Made by a program: the position numbers and the translations under genes
The notes under the pieces: generated by a model
Database searches by the model: none
What the model was told of the DNA's origin: nothing
Seen by the model: the letters and a program-made list of their open reading frames with translations, nothing else
Assembly: GCA_039812705.1 (NCBI GenBank)
Contig: JBDIBA010000002.1
Location: 988 to 64,987, forward strand
Length of the DNA stretch: 64,000 nucleotides
Source: Acidimicrobiia bacterium
Lineage (GTDB): Bacteria; Actinomycetota; Acidimicrobiia; Acidimicrobiales; JBBSGY01
Direction of reading: 5' to 3'
Shown here: piece by piece, positions 41,816-50,562 of the stretch
Layout: each line of letters opens with the position of its first letter
Position numbering within the stretch: position 1 is the first letter of the stretch

Positions 41816-42301
41816 CTACAGCTCGACGGACACGTAGCAAGTGTCGTAGTAGTTCGGTCCGTTCCCTTGGCGGTATCCCCACGTGACCGCAGCGGTGTGG
41901 CTGGAACGCTTGTTGCCAAGTGCCACGTTTCCTTGCCAGGCGTTGACCGGTTTTCCGTCAATCTCGGCCCGGTGTGGCCAAGCAACGTAGTTCTTTCCCT
42001 TGTAGGTGAACTCGGTTGTTTCGTCTGGGCTCCAGTAATGCTCGACCAGTCGCATGGTCTTGCCTCTGTAAAGCGACACTTCTAGGGCCATCACGCCGAT
42101 CTTTCCAACGGTGTCGATGTAGCACTCACTGCGCTCGATGGTTGGCTCTCTTGGGCTTGCGGCGTTCGCGGACGTGATCGTCACGGGAATCAGCGTGCCG
42201 ATGGCCAATGCCAGTGCAAAGAAAGTCCGCCGTGTGTGCCTTTTGGCAGTGGTGCTCAAGCGCACGGGCCGGTTGGGATCTGTCGAGTCATTTGCGAACA
42301 T
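41816..42301 (-). CDS. secreted hypothetical protein (two-Cys family, paralog B)
   Basis: 161 aa. The signal peptide is RRTFFALALAIGTLIPVTITSANA. Cys placement is the same as in paralog A (SECYI ... YYDTCYV), and it shares DGKP/DGREP and (V/A)TW blocks with it. Confidence 0.6.
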   Translation of the reverse strand: MFANDSTDPNRPVRLSTTAKRHTRRTFFALALAIGTLIPVTITSANAASPREPTIERSECYIDTVGKIGVMALEVSLYRGKTMRLVEHYWSPDETTEFTYKGKNYVAWPHRAEIDGKPVNAWQGNVALGNKRSSHTAAVTWGYRQGNGPNYYDTCYVSVEL

Positions 42302-42399
42302 GTTTTCCGCCTTCGCGAGATTTTCGGTTCAGTCTCTTGCCTTGGTCAACCTAAGGCCAATGCCGCGCAGATGGGTAGACCGGTTCAACTGATTGCGGA

Positions 42400-42888
42400 C
42401 TAGTCGCGAAAGTTTGTGAATTGAAGAGGGATGTCAAAGTCGCCCTCTTTGAGGTTGCTGATGACGGACTGCAAGTCGTCGCGTTTCTTGCCCGTGACTC
42501 TTACTTGCTCGCCTTGAGTTTGTGAGCTGACGCCCTTGAGGCTCATTTCCTTGATTGCCTTGTTGATGGCCTTGGCTTTGTCGGAGTCGATTCCGGCAAC
42601 AAGCTTGATCGACTGACGCACGTGTCCTTTTGCTGCGTCCTCAACCTTTCCGGCGTCGAGTGACTTCAATGAGACCTGACGCTTCACCATCTTTTCTTGC
42701 AGCACCTGAAGCACGGCCTTGAGGCGGTCTTCGGTGCTGGACGCAAGCTTGATCTCTTCGCCGGAAAGGTCGATTGAGGATTCGGTGTCTTTGAAATCGA
42801 AGCGGGTTCCGACTTCGCGTGACGCTTGGTCAACTGCATTGCGGATTTCTTGCTGATCGATTTCGGAAACTACGTCGAAGCTAGGCAT
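42400..42888 (-). CDS. yajQ: YajQ-family nucleotide-binding protein (UPF0234)
   Basis: 162 aa. Contains MPSFDVVSEIDQQEIRNAVDQASREVGTRFDFKDT...VRVTGKKRDDLQ...PLQFTNFRD, which is collinear with E. coli YajQ as I recall it. Confidence 0.9.
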   Translation of the reverse strand: MPSFDVVSEIDQQEIRNAVDQASREVGTRFDFKDTESSIDLSGEEIKLASSTEDRLKAVLQVLQEKMVKRQVSLKSLDAGKVEDAAKGHVRQSIKLVAGIDSDKAKAINKAIKEMSLKGVSSQTQGEQVRVTGKKRDDLQSVISNLKEGDFDIPLQFTNFRD

Positions 42889-42981
42889 GGTCGCTGAGCG
42901 TAGCGTGCGTGCTTTCTCGATCAGTTCGTGGCAACACTGATCTCCCGGGTCTGGGATCGGGCGCTAGTGTCTTAACGACCT

Positions 42982-43063
42982 GGCTCGATACCCAAGCGGC
43001 CAACGGGGGCTGACTGTAAATCAGCTGGCTCTGCCTTCGGAGGTTCGAATCCTTCTCGGGCCA
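42982..43063 (+). tRNA. tRNA-Tyr (anticodon GTA), long variable arm
   Basis: The sequence is GGCTCGATACCCAAGCGGCCAACGGGGGCTGACTGTAAATCAGCTGGCTCTGCCTTCGGAGGTTCGAATCCTTCTCGGGCCA. It folds by hand with anticodon loop CTGTAAA, and CCA is not encoded. Confidence 0.9.
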
Positions 43064-43067
43064 CAGG

Positions 43068-43106
43068 GAAAATGTCCACGCGGCTTGCCGCGTGGACATT
43101 TTTGTT
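43068..43106 (+). terminator. intrinsic terminator after tRNA-Tyr
   Basis: The sequence is atgtccacgcgg-cttg-ccgcgtggacat followed by tttttgttt, a 12-bp perfect stem. Confidence 0.8.
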
Positions 43107-43145
43107 TCCGAGATATTCCTTGCCGCGCGCCACAGGAGCGTGGCT

Positions 43146-43167
43146 AATGTTAGGAACACCTAACATT
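43146..43167. promoter_or_regulatory. perfect 9-4-9 palindrome, candidate metalloregulator operator for efeUOB
   Basis: The sequence is AATGTTAGG-aaca-CCTAACATT, ending 11 nt before the efeU TTG start and overlapping the region just 5' of its GGGAG SD. The half-sites resemble the TTAGG/CCTAA core of DtxR/IdeR boxes but the spacing differs. Confidence 0.4.
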
Positions 43168-43178
43168 CGGGAGCCCGG

Positions 43179-44030
43179 TTGAACAACTTCTTCCCAAACT
43201 TCTTAATTGGCCTGCGCGAAGGTCTTGAGGCCTCGTTGGTTGTAAGCATTCTTGCTGCATACCTAATGAAGACGAACCGCAAGTCGGCGCTGCGCTTTGT
43301 GTGGTTTGGTGCTGCTGGCGCCGTAGCCGTTTCCGCGGGCGTGGTCCTGTTTCTCAACCTCACCATGCAGGCCCTTACGTTTCAGGCTCAGGAAATTCTT
43401 GGCGGTGTCATGTCGCTGATTGCCGTGGCGTTCGTCACGTACATGATCTTTTGGATGCGCAGAACCGCACGCGCAATGAAGGCGCATCTAGAGGCACAGA
43501 TGGACAACGCCTTTTCGATGGGTGCGCTGGCGATTTCCGCCATGACGTTTCTTGCGGTTGGCCGAGAGGGCATCGAGACAGCCATCTTTCTGTGGAGCAC
43601 GACGCAGGCGACCGGTGGTTCGCAGGTCGGGCCCGTGTTGGGTGCGCTCTTGGGCATTGGATCTGCCGCGCTTCTTGCCTACCTGCTTTACCGGCGCGCG
43701 ATTCATCTCAACTTGGCGACGTTCTTCAAGTGGACCGGTGTCGGCCTGATTCTCGTGGCTGCAGGCGTCGCTGCCTACGGTGTGCACGACCTTCAAGAAG
43801 CTGCCGTGCTTCCCGGTATCAATCAGTTGGCATTCGATTTCAGCGAGCAGCTATCGCCAACCAGTTGGTACGCGACGATTGTTGGCGCTGTTTTCAACGT
43901 CACTCCTGCCATGACGGTTCTTTCGTGTCTTGCGTGGCTGGCATACGTGGCAATTGTTATGCCGCTGTATCTGCGTCCGTCTCGCCCTCGCGCCGCGATG
44001 GCTACTTCTCAACCAAAGGTTCAAGCATGA
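43179..44030 (+). CDS. efeU: FTR1/EfeU-family iron permease
   Basis: 283 aa. The REGLE motif is present twice (LREGLEASL, GREGIETAIF) and there are 7 hydrophobic segments. TTG start. Confidence 0.85.
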   Translation: MNNFFPNFLIGLREGLEASLVVSILAAYLMKTNRKSALRFVWFGAAGAVAVSAGVVLFLNLTMQALTFQAQEILGGVMSLIAVAFVTYMIFWMRRTARAMKAHLEAQMDNAFSMGALAISAMTFLAVGREGIETAIFLWSTTQATGGSQVGPVLGALLGIGSAALLAYLLYRRAIHLNLATFFKWTGVGLILVAAGVAAYGVHDLQEAAVLPGINQLAFDFSEQLSPTSWYATIVGAVFNVTPAMTVLSCLAWLAYVAIVMPLYLRPSRPRAAMATSQPKVQA

Positions 44031-45136
44031 CAAAACGTTCGTTTCTCGCGGTGATCCCTGTTGCTGCAGCGTTGTTTGCCAGTGGATGCGTTTCCACGGC
44101 TGGCGGAAACAACAAGGTTGAGGCAAGCGAATCGCAGTGTAAGTCCAGCGTCTCCGAGATCGCCGCGGGTACTCACCGTTTCCAGGTGACCAACAACGGA
44201 CAGAAGGTGACCGAAGTTGAGTTCTTGACTCCCGACGGTCGTGCAGTTGGCGAAATCGAAAACGTTGGCCCATCGACAACTCGCGACCTGACGGTCGACC
44301 TTGAGCCCGGCAGTTATGAAATTGCGTGTAGGCCAGAGATGAAGGGTTTTGGAGTACGCACGCCGCTGAAGGTTACGGGAACCAACACAACAGAGCCCCT
44401 CGATCCTGCACTTGCGTCTGCTGTTGCGAGCTATCGCGGTTATGTAGACGAGCAGGCAGACCTTGCGTTGACGCGCACGAAAGATTTTGCTGCGGCCGTC
44501 AAGTCGCGCGACGTTGAAAAGGCCAAGGCGCTATATCCGTCATCGCGCGAGCCGTGGGAGCGCATCGAGCCCATTGCCGAGAGCTTTGGGGACCTAGACC
44601 CGCGTGTTGACGCTCGCGAGGGCGACCTCGAAGAAGGTGTTCGTTGGACCGGTTGGCACCGCCTCGAAAAAGACCTTTGGGTGTCTGGCCTGCAGGGCGA
44701 CAGCGGCGAAATCGCCGACACTTTGCTTGCAGACCTTGGCGAGCTGAAGACAAAGGTCACAGAAGTAGACCTCAAGCCAGCGCAGATTTCCGAGGGCGCA
44801 CGCGCGCTGCTTGACGAGATTGCAACAGGGAAAGTGACCGGCGAAGAAGAGCGTTACTCGCACACCGACCTAGTCGACTTGAACGCAAACCTTGAGGGTT
44901 CTAAGCGCGCGATTGAATCGTTGCGTCCATACCTGGAGTCCAAGGACAAGGCGCTTCTTGAGTCCATTGACGAAAGAATGCAGTCAGCGTTTAACGAAGT
45001 TGCGCTGTACAAGTCGGGCGACAGCTTTATCAATTACGAACAGGTGAACGAAACGCAACGCAAGGCTTTGGCAACAAAGATCGAGGCATTGAGTGAACCG
45101 ATCTCGAAGGTCACTGGCGTCGTTACCAACAAGTAG
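44027..45136 (+). CDS. efeO: EfeO-like iron uptake lipoprotein (cupredoxin-like N-domain plus imelysin/M75-like C-domain)
   Basis: The chosen start is MTKRSFLAVIPVAAALFASGC (lipobox), with an ATGA overlap with efeU. Contains GTHRFQVTNNGQKVTEVEF...GSYEIACRPEMKG and GWHRLEKDLW. The long ORF listed from 43301 is an out-of-frame read-through of efeU. Confidence 0.85.
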   Translation: MTKRSFLAVIPVAAALFASGCVSTAGGNNKVEASESQCKSSVSEIAAGTHRFQVTNNGQKVTEVEFLTPDGRAVGEIENVGPSTTRDLTVDLEPGSYEIACRPEMKGFGVRTPLKVTGTNTTEPLDPALASAVASYRGYVDEQADLALTRTKDFAAAVKSRDVEKAKALYPSSREPWERIEPIAESFGDLDPRVDAREGDLEEGVRWTGWHRLEKDLWVSGLQGDSGEIADTLLADLGELKTKVTEVDLKPAQISEGARALLDEIATGKVTGEEERYSHTDLVDLNANLEGSKRAIESLRPYLESKDKALLESIDERMQSAFNEVALYKSGDSFINYEQVNETQRKALATKIEALSEPISKVTGVVTNK

Positions 45137-45146
45137 TTTCGAACCC

Positions 45147-46397
45147 ATGTCGGACGTTTCGCGCCGTCGGTTCCTTGGCCTGCTTGGTGCAGGTGGTTTG
45201 GTTGGTGCGGCTGCTGGTGCCGGTGCCATGCGCATCGGCGATCGTGACGGTGTCTCGCTTGATTCCGCTGTTGCATTCGATGGGCCTTATCAGGCTGGGA
45301 TCATCACGCCTGCACAGGACAGGCTGCACTTTGCGGCGTTTGATCTGACGACAACTTCACGCGACGAACTGATTGCGTTATTGAAGGACTGGACCGTTGC
45401 TGCGCGGCGCATGACAGCAGGTCTTGAAGCTGGGCCCGGGGGAGCGGTTCCGCAAAACCAAGATGTTCCTCCAGAAGACACGGGTGAGGCCCTTGGTCTT
45501 TCGCCGTCGCAGTTGACCATCACGATTGGATTCGGGCCAACTCTTTTCACAAAGGACGGTGTCGACAGGTTCGGACTTGCATCGCGGCGTCCCGCGGCGC
45601 TTGTCGACATTCCACCGTTTCCCGCCGACGATTTGAACCCCGCCATCAGCAATGGTGACCTTGCCATTCAAGCTTGTTCAAATGATCCGCAAGTCGCTGT
45701 CCATGCCGTTCGCAACCTCGCGCGAATTGGGCGTGGACGTGCCGAAGTGCGTTGGTCTCAGCTTGGTTTTGGTCGAACCTCGTCCACCAGTACCGCTCAG
45801 GCAACACCGCGCAACCTCTTTGGTTTCAAAGATGGAACGGCAAACCTCAAGCTTGAAGACCCGACTCTGTTGAGAGACTGGGTTTGGGCAAACAAAGAAG
45901 ACGACGCCAACGCTGGCTGGATGCACAACGGGTCATACCTGGTCACGCGACGCATTCGTATGCATATCGAAACGTGGGACCGAGCCCCGTTGTTTGAACA
46001 GGAAATGATCGTCGGTCGTGACAAGGGTGAAGGTGCGCCGCTAACAGGTGTGAAGGAGTTCGACCTGCCGGACTTTGATGTGAAACGCGACGGTGAGTAC
46101 GTCATTAGTCGCAAGTCGCACGTGCATCTTGCTCATCCAACCGTCAACGATGGTGCCGAATTGTTGCGCCGCGGATTCTCTTTTACTGACGGCACCGATG
46201 GTTTGGGCAAGCTTGACGCGGGACTGTTCTTTATTTGCTTCCAGCGCGACCCACGCAAGCAGTTCATCCCTATTCAGAAGCGTCTTGCCGCTAACGACTT
46301 GATGAATGAGTACCTAAAACACACAAGCAGTGCGGTGTTTGCATGCCCGGCGGGAACCAAGCCCGACGAATACTGGGGTCAGGCTCTTTTCAGCTAG
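45147..46397 (+). CDS. efeB: Dyp-type peroxidase EfeB with a Tat signal
   Basis: The chosen start is MSDVSRRRFLGLLGAGG (twin-arginine). Contains FGFKDGTANL and RRGFSFTDG...GLFFICFQRDP. Confidence 0.9.
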   Translation: MSDVSRRRFLGLLGAGGLVGAAAGAGAMRIGDRDGVSLDSAVAFDGPYQAGIITPAQDRLHFAAFDLTTTSRDELIALLKDWTVAARRMTAGLEAGPGGAVPQNQDVPPEDTGEALGLSPSQLTITIGFGPTLFTKDGVDRFGLASRRPAALVDIPPFPADDLNPAISNGDLAIQACSNDPQVAVHAVRNLARIGRGRAEVRWSQLGFGRTSSTSTAQATPRNLFGFKDGTANLKLEDPTLLRDWVWANKEDDANAGWMHNGSYLVTRRIRMHIETWDRAPLFEQEMIVGRDKGEGAPLTGVKEFDLPDFDVKRDGEYVISRKSHVHLAHPTVNDGAELLRRGFSFTDGTDGLGKLDAGLFFICFQRDPRKQFIPIQKRLAANDLMNEYLKHTSSAVFACPAGTKPDEYWGQALFS

Positions 46398-46636
46398 GCC
46401 AGGTTCACAAAGCGCGTGACAATCACGGCAAAAACGAGGATGGCCAACGGATAGATGGCAATGGCCAAGACGCGTCCGGTTCGTTCGCGCAGGTTTGGGT
46501 TGGCAGCGCGCAGGACTTCTTGTTGCACGACTGCAATTGCCAGCGCAACGAATGCAAACAGTGACAACACCGACAATGCGTTGAAGCTGAAATAGTTCCA
46601 GTAGCGCATGAGGACTTCGGTATATGCACTTGTCAT
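46394..46636 (-). CDS. small two-TM membrane protein (80 aa), last gene of a coupled operon
   Basis: The sequence is MTSAYTEVLMRYWNYFSFNALSVLSLFAFVALAIAVV...LAIAIYPLAILVFAVIV. Its ATG overlaps the stop of the upstream gene (ATGA at 46633-46636). The longer 163-aa listed version overlaps that gene out of frame. Confidence 0.45.
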   Translation of the reverse strand: MTSAYTEVLMRYWNYFSFNALSVLSLFAFVALAIAVVQQEVLRAANPNLRERTGRVLAIAIYPLAILVFAVIVTRFVNLA

Positions 46637-47181
46637 TTCTCGTCGTCCTCCGTTGCCTCTGTTTGATCTGACCGGCGACGCCCCCAGAGGCGCAGCAGCA
46701 AGCCAATTCCGGTCACAATTGTTAGCGGAATAGCGGCCTGAAGGACGCCGATTGAGCCGATTGTCAGAAGTATCTGAGCCACCAAAACGCTTATAGCAAC
46801 GCTTGTCCCGGTGACCACGACGAACTTCACGGTCGTGTCGAATCTGCCGACCAACTGAACCAAGCCGGATCCGGGTCCAAAGCACACCAATGCAACGGCT
46901 GCCAATGAACGCAGCGGCCCTTCATTGAGAAGGCCTGTGCAGATAATCAGTCCGCAGGCAAACGTGATGATGTTGATGATTCCAAGGGATTGTTCAACAA
47001 CTCGAGCCCAAAGTGAAAGCTGAATGGGCGCCTCGGTCTCGGGTTGTTGCGGCTGAGACGTCTTTGCTTGCTCGCGCTTTCGTTGACGCGCGCGTTCTTC
47101 GCGTTCCTTGGCGCGTTCCTGCTTGCGGCGTTGTTCCGACTCTTCGAACTCTTCGAGCCTTCTCGGGTCAATGTGTCTCAT
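46633..47181 (-). CDS. membrane protein with a highly charged N-terminus and about 4 TM segments
   Basis: 182 aa. The N-terminus is Glu/Arg/Lys-rich (EEFEESEQRRKQERAKEREERARQRKREQAK), followed by hydrophobic segments. ATGA overlaps with both neighbours. Confidence 0.6.
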   Translation of the reverse strand: MRHIDPRRLEEFEESEQRRKQERAKEREERARQRKREQAKTSQPQQPETEAPIQLSLWARVVEQSLGIINIITFACGLIICTGLLNEGPLRSLAAVALVCFGPGSGLVQLVGRFDTTVKFVVVTGTSVAISVLVAQILLTIGSIGVLQAAIPLTIVTGIGLLLRLWGRRRSDQTEATEDDEK

Positions 47182-48992
47182 GGCTGACCTACCGGGACGA
47201 CGATCATTCCTTGTTCGTTCTCAAATGCGATGCGCCATTGGCCGGTGTTGACCAAGGTCTGACCCAAGTCGGTGGCGTAGTGCTTCCCAAGGCCTTGCAC
47301 GATGTCGCAATAGGTGTCTTGGGCGCGGCTGAGGATGAAGTAGACGGGCCGGTCGGTCTGTTGCGCGACGATTGTTTCGGCGTGCTGCAGCAGATTGTCG
47401 GGAATGCCGTCGTCAGTGATTGCGAAGTACTGCATTGTTGAAATGCGTTCGTATCGCCAAGGCAGCTGTGAGTTGACCGACAACATCCGCGCGTTGTCAG
47501 GAGCCATCTGCATGGCTTCGGTTACCAACTCGTAGTCCTTCGTGCTGAATGCCTCGAAGGCTTCGTTGCCATATCGCGTAATGAAAAATGTTGGAACCAG
47601 CGCAACCAGCAGCGCGCAGACTGCCAAACCTTTTGGCAGCTTCCATCGATCCTCGCGCGGTGCAATGAGCATTGCGGCCAGCGTTGCAGTGAATGGCAAG
47701 GCAAACAGATAGACGCGCAGCACGGCCTCGCCGCCATAAGCCTGCCCACCAAGAATCGTAAATGGTGAGAGAAATCCAACTACGCACAACACGTCTGCCT
47801 TACCTGTGCGCAAACGTCGGATGACCCCGGCTACAGCTGCCAACCAAAGCGTCCCGGCGAGCGCCAGGCGTCCATAGATGACGGGAATGTGAGCAGGGTC
47901 ACCCTTTACGCGGTTGGCAACATTCTGGTTAAGCGTGGAATCCACGTTGCCTACATCGCCGAACAGTGCTTCAAGCTTGCCAACCCAAAACGGAGCGGCC
48001 GCGTAACTGATCCACACGAGCACGCCGATCAACATGAAAACAGGGAACACGCGCAGTTTCAGTCGATTGAGGATGACCGATGACGCCGTTACAACAATCA
48101 CAAAGAACGGTGTCAGTTGGTGGCTGACCACCGTTGCGATGAAACAGATGACAAGTGCGCCGACAAGTGCGGCCTCTTGTTTTCCTGTCGCACGAATGCG
48201 GTCTGGAAACGCTGCGGTCAGATTGATGTTCTTGAGTCGCGTCAGCAGGTTGGGTGCGCGACTTGCTAGAAGTGGTTCGGTCAGCCCACGCAACCATGGT
48301 GGAACCAACGGAGAGTCGCTGAAGAAGACGCGAATGAGCACAGCCAGGAAGCACAACGCAAACAACATGTTGATGCCCTGTGGTGAGTAGTAGTCCTGGC
48401 CTACCCAGTTCAACAACATGAACAGCATGGTCGCGAGCCATGCGGCGCGCAGCGGGGCGCCAATGCCTCGCGCGATGACCCAAACCGGAACTGCGTACAA
48501 AAGAACTTGCACCAGCGGAGCCCAAGCAAGAAAGTCGTCTGACTGCAGCGTGCCGGCCAGTTCATTGAGCATTGCGCCAAACGCAAAGAAACCGGGCCAA
48601 ACAAAGCGCGCGTCGTAATCCTCAAGAATGTGGTCGTTGCGTTGAATGTGGTCAATGAAGCCTGCATGCACCCAGCCCGTCGGCAGGCGCGCAACGCCTT
48701 CGGTGAGGCTGGCTACTCCGTAGAGCGCAAGGATCACGAGAAAGATTTGAGCCGCAAGTAACGGACGATTGAGATGTTCGCGAGTGAGGGCAATGCCAAA
48801 GGCGACGAGCATCAGTGCAATGCCTGCCAAGTACTGGAAGGGCATTCCCTCAATCAAGCCGAGCGGACCAGACTTGAGTGGGTCAACCTGATTGACCGAC
48901 AAGACCGTTAACAACGCACCTGCAAGCGTCAACACAATGAGTAGTCCGGTGACAACCTTTGTCGCGTGTGTGCGGGTCAATGGTGAACTCAT
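47178..48992 (-). CDS. large polytopic membrane protein with a C-terminal soluble domain (GT-C-like, putative glycan transferase/polymerase)
   Basis: The listed ORF runs to 49181 (667 aa). I prefer Met64 (MSSPLTRTH, 48992) because 49181 would leave only 3 bp before the divergent gene. There are at least 12 hydrophobic segments, an early loop with EDYDARFVWPGFF, and a roughly 130-aa non-hydrophobic C-terminus. Confidence 0.6.
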   Translation of the reverse strand: MSSPLTRTHATKVVTGLLIVLTLAGALLTVLSVNQVDPLKSGPLGLIEGMPFQYLAGIALMLVAFGIALTREHLNRPLLAAQIFLVILALYGVASLTEGVARLPTGWVHAGFIDHIQRNDHILEDYDARFVWPGFFAFGAMLNELAGTLQSDDFLAWAPLVQVLLYAVPVWVIARGIGAPLRAAWLATMLFMLLNWVGQDYYSPQGINMLFALCFLAVLIRVFFSDSPLVPPWLRGLTEPLLASRAPNLLTRLKNINLTAAFPDRIRATGKQEAALVGALVICFIATVVSHQLTPFFVIVVTASSVILNRLKLRVFPVFMLIGVLVWISYAAAPFWVGKLEALFGDVGNVDSTLNQNVANRVKGDPAHIPVIYGRLALAGTLWLAAVAGVIRRLRTGKADVLCVVGFLSPFTILGGQAYGGEAVLRVYLFALPFTATLAAMLIAPREDRWKLPKGLAVCALLVALVPTFFITRYGNEAFEAFSTKDYELVTEAMQMAPDNARMLSVNSQLPWRYERISTMQYFAITDDGIPDNLLQHAETIVAQQTDRPVYFILSRAQDTYCDIVQGLGKHYATDLGQTLVNTGQWRIAFENEQGMIVVPVGQP

Positions 48993-49184
48993 TGTGACCC
49001 GACGGTAGTTGAGGACGTGATCCTGATCTGGTCCGACCTGTGATCGAACCCGAAATCTTTGGATCGGACAGCTAGAGTTCGAGCCCCGACCACTTCTTGG
49101 GTTTTCGTTGGAGAGGGCCAGACTCGGCCCATCACCACCGATTGATTGGTTGATTGAGTTGAGCGATCGAAAGGACTCCAACGG

Positions 49185-50525
49185 GTGACCGAACCGGACG
49201 TAGGCGAAACTGCGCCCTCCGTGGACTCCACTTCGTCTCGCGATGGGGCAGTGGCCCGCAGGCGCCTATTCACCGATGCGTACGCACTCATGGCAAGCAC
49301 TGGTCTGAATGCTCTAGCCGGGGTGGTCACCTATCTACTTTCGGCGCGTCTTTTCCCAGATCAAGTGGTCGGAGCCGCTGCGGGAATGACGGCAGCCATG
49401 CTGCTCATCTCTGGAATCGGCCAGCTAGATCTAACCAATGCGCTTCACCGCTATTTGCCGACTGCTGCTTCCCGCGCCAAGCGCGTAATCCTTGGTAGTT
49501 ATGGCGCTGCTGCCCTGGCCAGCCTGGTTTTGGCCGCGGGGTATGTCCTTGTCTTCGGTTCGCTGATCAAGACCGAGACCGAAGGCGCGATCATCTGGTT
49601 CACCGCGGCCGTTGTCATCTGGACCCTGTTCAACCTGCAGGACCAGGTGTTTTTTGGCCTTGGCGCGGCTTGGGCAGTGCCTGTGGACAACACCATCCAC
49701 GGCCTAGCTCGCATTGGATTACTCCTACTGGCCGTGGGTGGGGGGTCCTTTGCGATCTTTGCCACTTGGGTTGTTCCCGCTGCCGTCCTCATCGTGGCGG
49801 GGTCGGTTCTCATCTGGTTCAAGTTGTTGCCGGACTATCTCAAGCGCAATCGAAAGCGTCAGAGTGACTACAGCCTGGGTAGTTATTCACGCTTCGCGGC
49901 CGGTGGTTACATCGGTGGCATCAGCGCACTCGTTCTGGGCAATTTGTTACCACTGTTAGTGGTTGCGCACCTTGGCGTGGCCGCGAACGCCTACTTCTAT
50001 ATGGCGTGGACAGTGGCTTCCACGGTCGACTTGCTGGTGTTCAACTTTGGCGCGTCGCTGGTTGTGCAGGGTGCAACAAATGCCGAACACATTCCGTACC
50101 TCATCAAATCTGCATTGAAGAAACAGGCCGCCTTATTCATTGCTCCATTGATTCTCCTTGCTGCCCTTTCCTACGTCGTTCTCGACTTGGCTTTTGGGCG
50201 CAATTACGCAGATGCTGCTTGGTTGATGCTGACGCTTCTCGCAGTTGGCTTGATCCCCAGGTTGCTCTGGGGGGTCTACCTTCCCGCCGTGCGCCTGGCT
50301 GGAAACGTCAAGGCGATTGTCATCAGCCAAACTCTGACGAACGTGTCCGTTCTTGCCGCGTCCATTGCCGGGCTTTACTTGGGCGGGTTGACCGGCATCG
50401 GCATTGGTTACTTGATTGCCCAGGTGGTGATTGCGGCTGTTTGCGGACCAAAGCTTCGGGCGATGCTGAAGAATGGTTTTTCCGTCAAGCGTATTGACGA
50501 TGTATCCGTGACTGGACACATGTGA
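49185..50525 (+). CDS. MOP-superfamily flippase-like membrane protein
   Basis: 446 aa with about 12 TM segments. The N-terminal block is ALMASTGLNALAGVVTYLLSARLFPDQVVG. It is divergent from the GT-C-like operon. The start is uncertain. Confidence 0.65.
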   Translation: MTEPDVGETAPSVDSTSSRDGAVARRRLFTDAYALMASTGLNALAGVVTYLLSARLFPDQVVGAAAGMTAAMLLISGIGQLDLTNALHRYLPTAASRAKRVILGSYGAAALASLVLAAGYVLVFGSLIKTETEGAIIWFTAAVVIWTLFNLQDQVFFGLGAAWAVPVDNTIHGLARIGLLLLAVGGGSFAIFATWVVPAAVLIVAGSVLIWFKLLPDYLKRNRKRQSDYSLGSYSRFAAGGYIGGISALVLGNLLPLLVVAHLGVAANAYFYMAWTVASTVDLLVFNFGASLVVQGATNAEHIPYLIKSALKKQAALFIAPLILLAALSYVVLDLAFGRNYADAAWLMLTLLAVGLIPRLLWGVYLPAVRLAGNVKAIVISQTLTNVSVLAASIAGLYLGGLTGIGIGYLIAQVVIAAVCGPKLRAMLKNGFSVKRIDDVSVTGHM

Positions 50526-50562
50526 TGTTGATGCCAATACCGCGCGAGCGAGGAGACAGCTG

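Noticed and set aside
43301-44026. N-terminal 240-aa extension of the EfeO ORF (listed as 43301..45136, 611 aa)
   Set aside because: The extension overlaps efeU out of frame and is Arg/Cys/Gly-rich. A proper lipoprotein signal peptide (MTKRSFLAVIPVAAALFASGC) with an ATGA junction begins at 44027.
46394-46885. 163-aa version of the small minus-strand ORF
   Set aside because: Its first 83 residues overlap the 182-aa membrane protein gene out of frame and are Arg-rich. An internal ATG at 46636 gives a clean ATGA junction and a two-TM product.
48993-49181. N-terminal 63 residues of the 667-aa GT-C-like ORF
   Set aside because: Using 49181 leaves only 3 bp to the divergent gene at 49185, and the segment is non-hydrophobic and low-complexity. 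Met64 directly precedes the first TM segment. It is kept as an alternative, not excluded.
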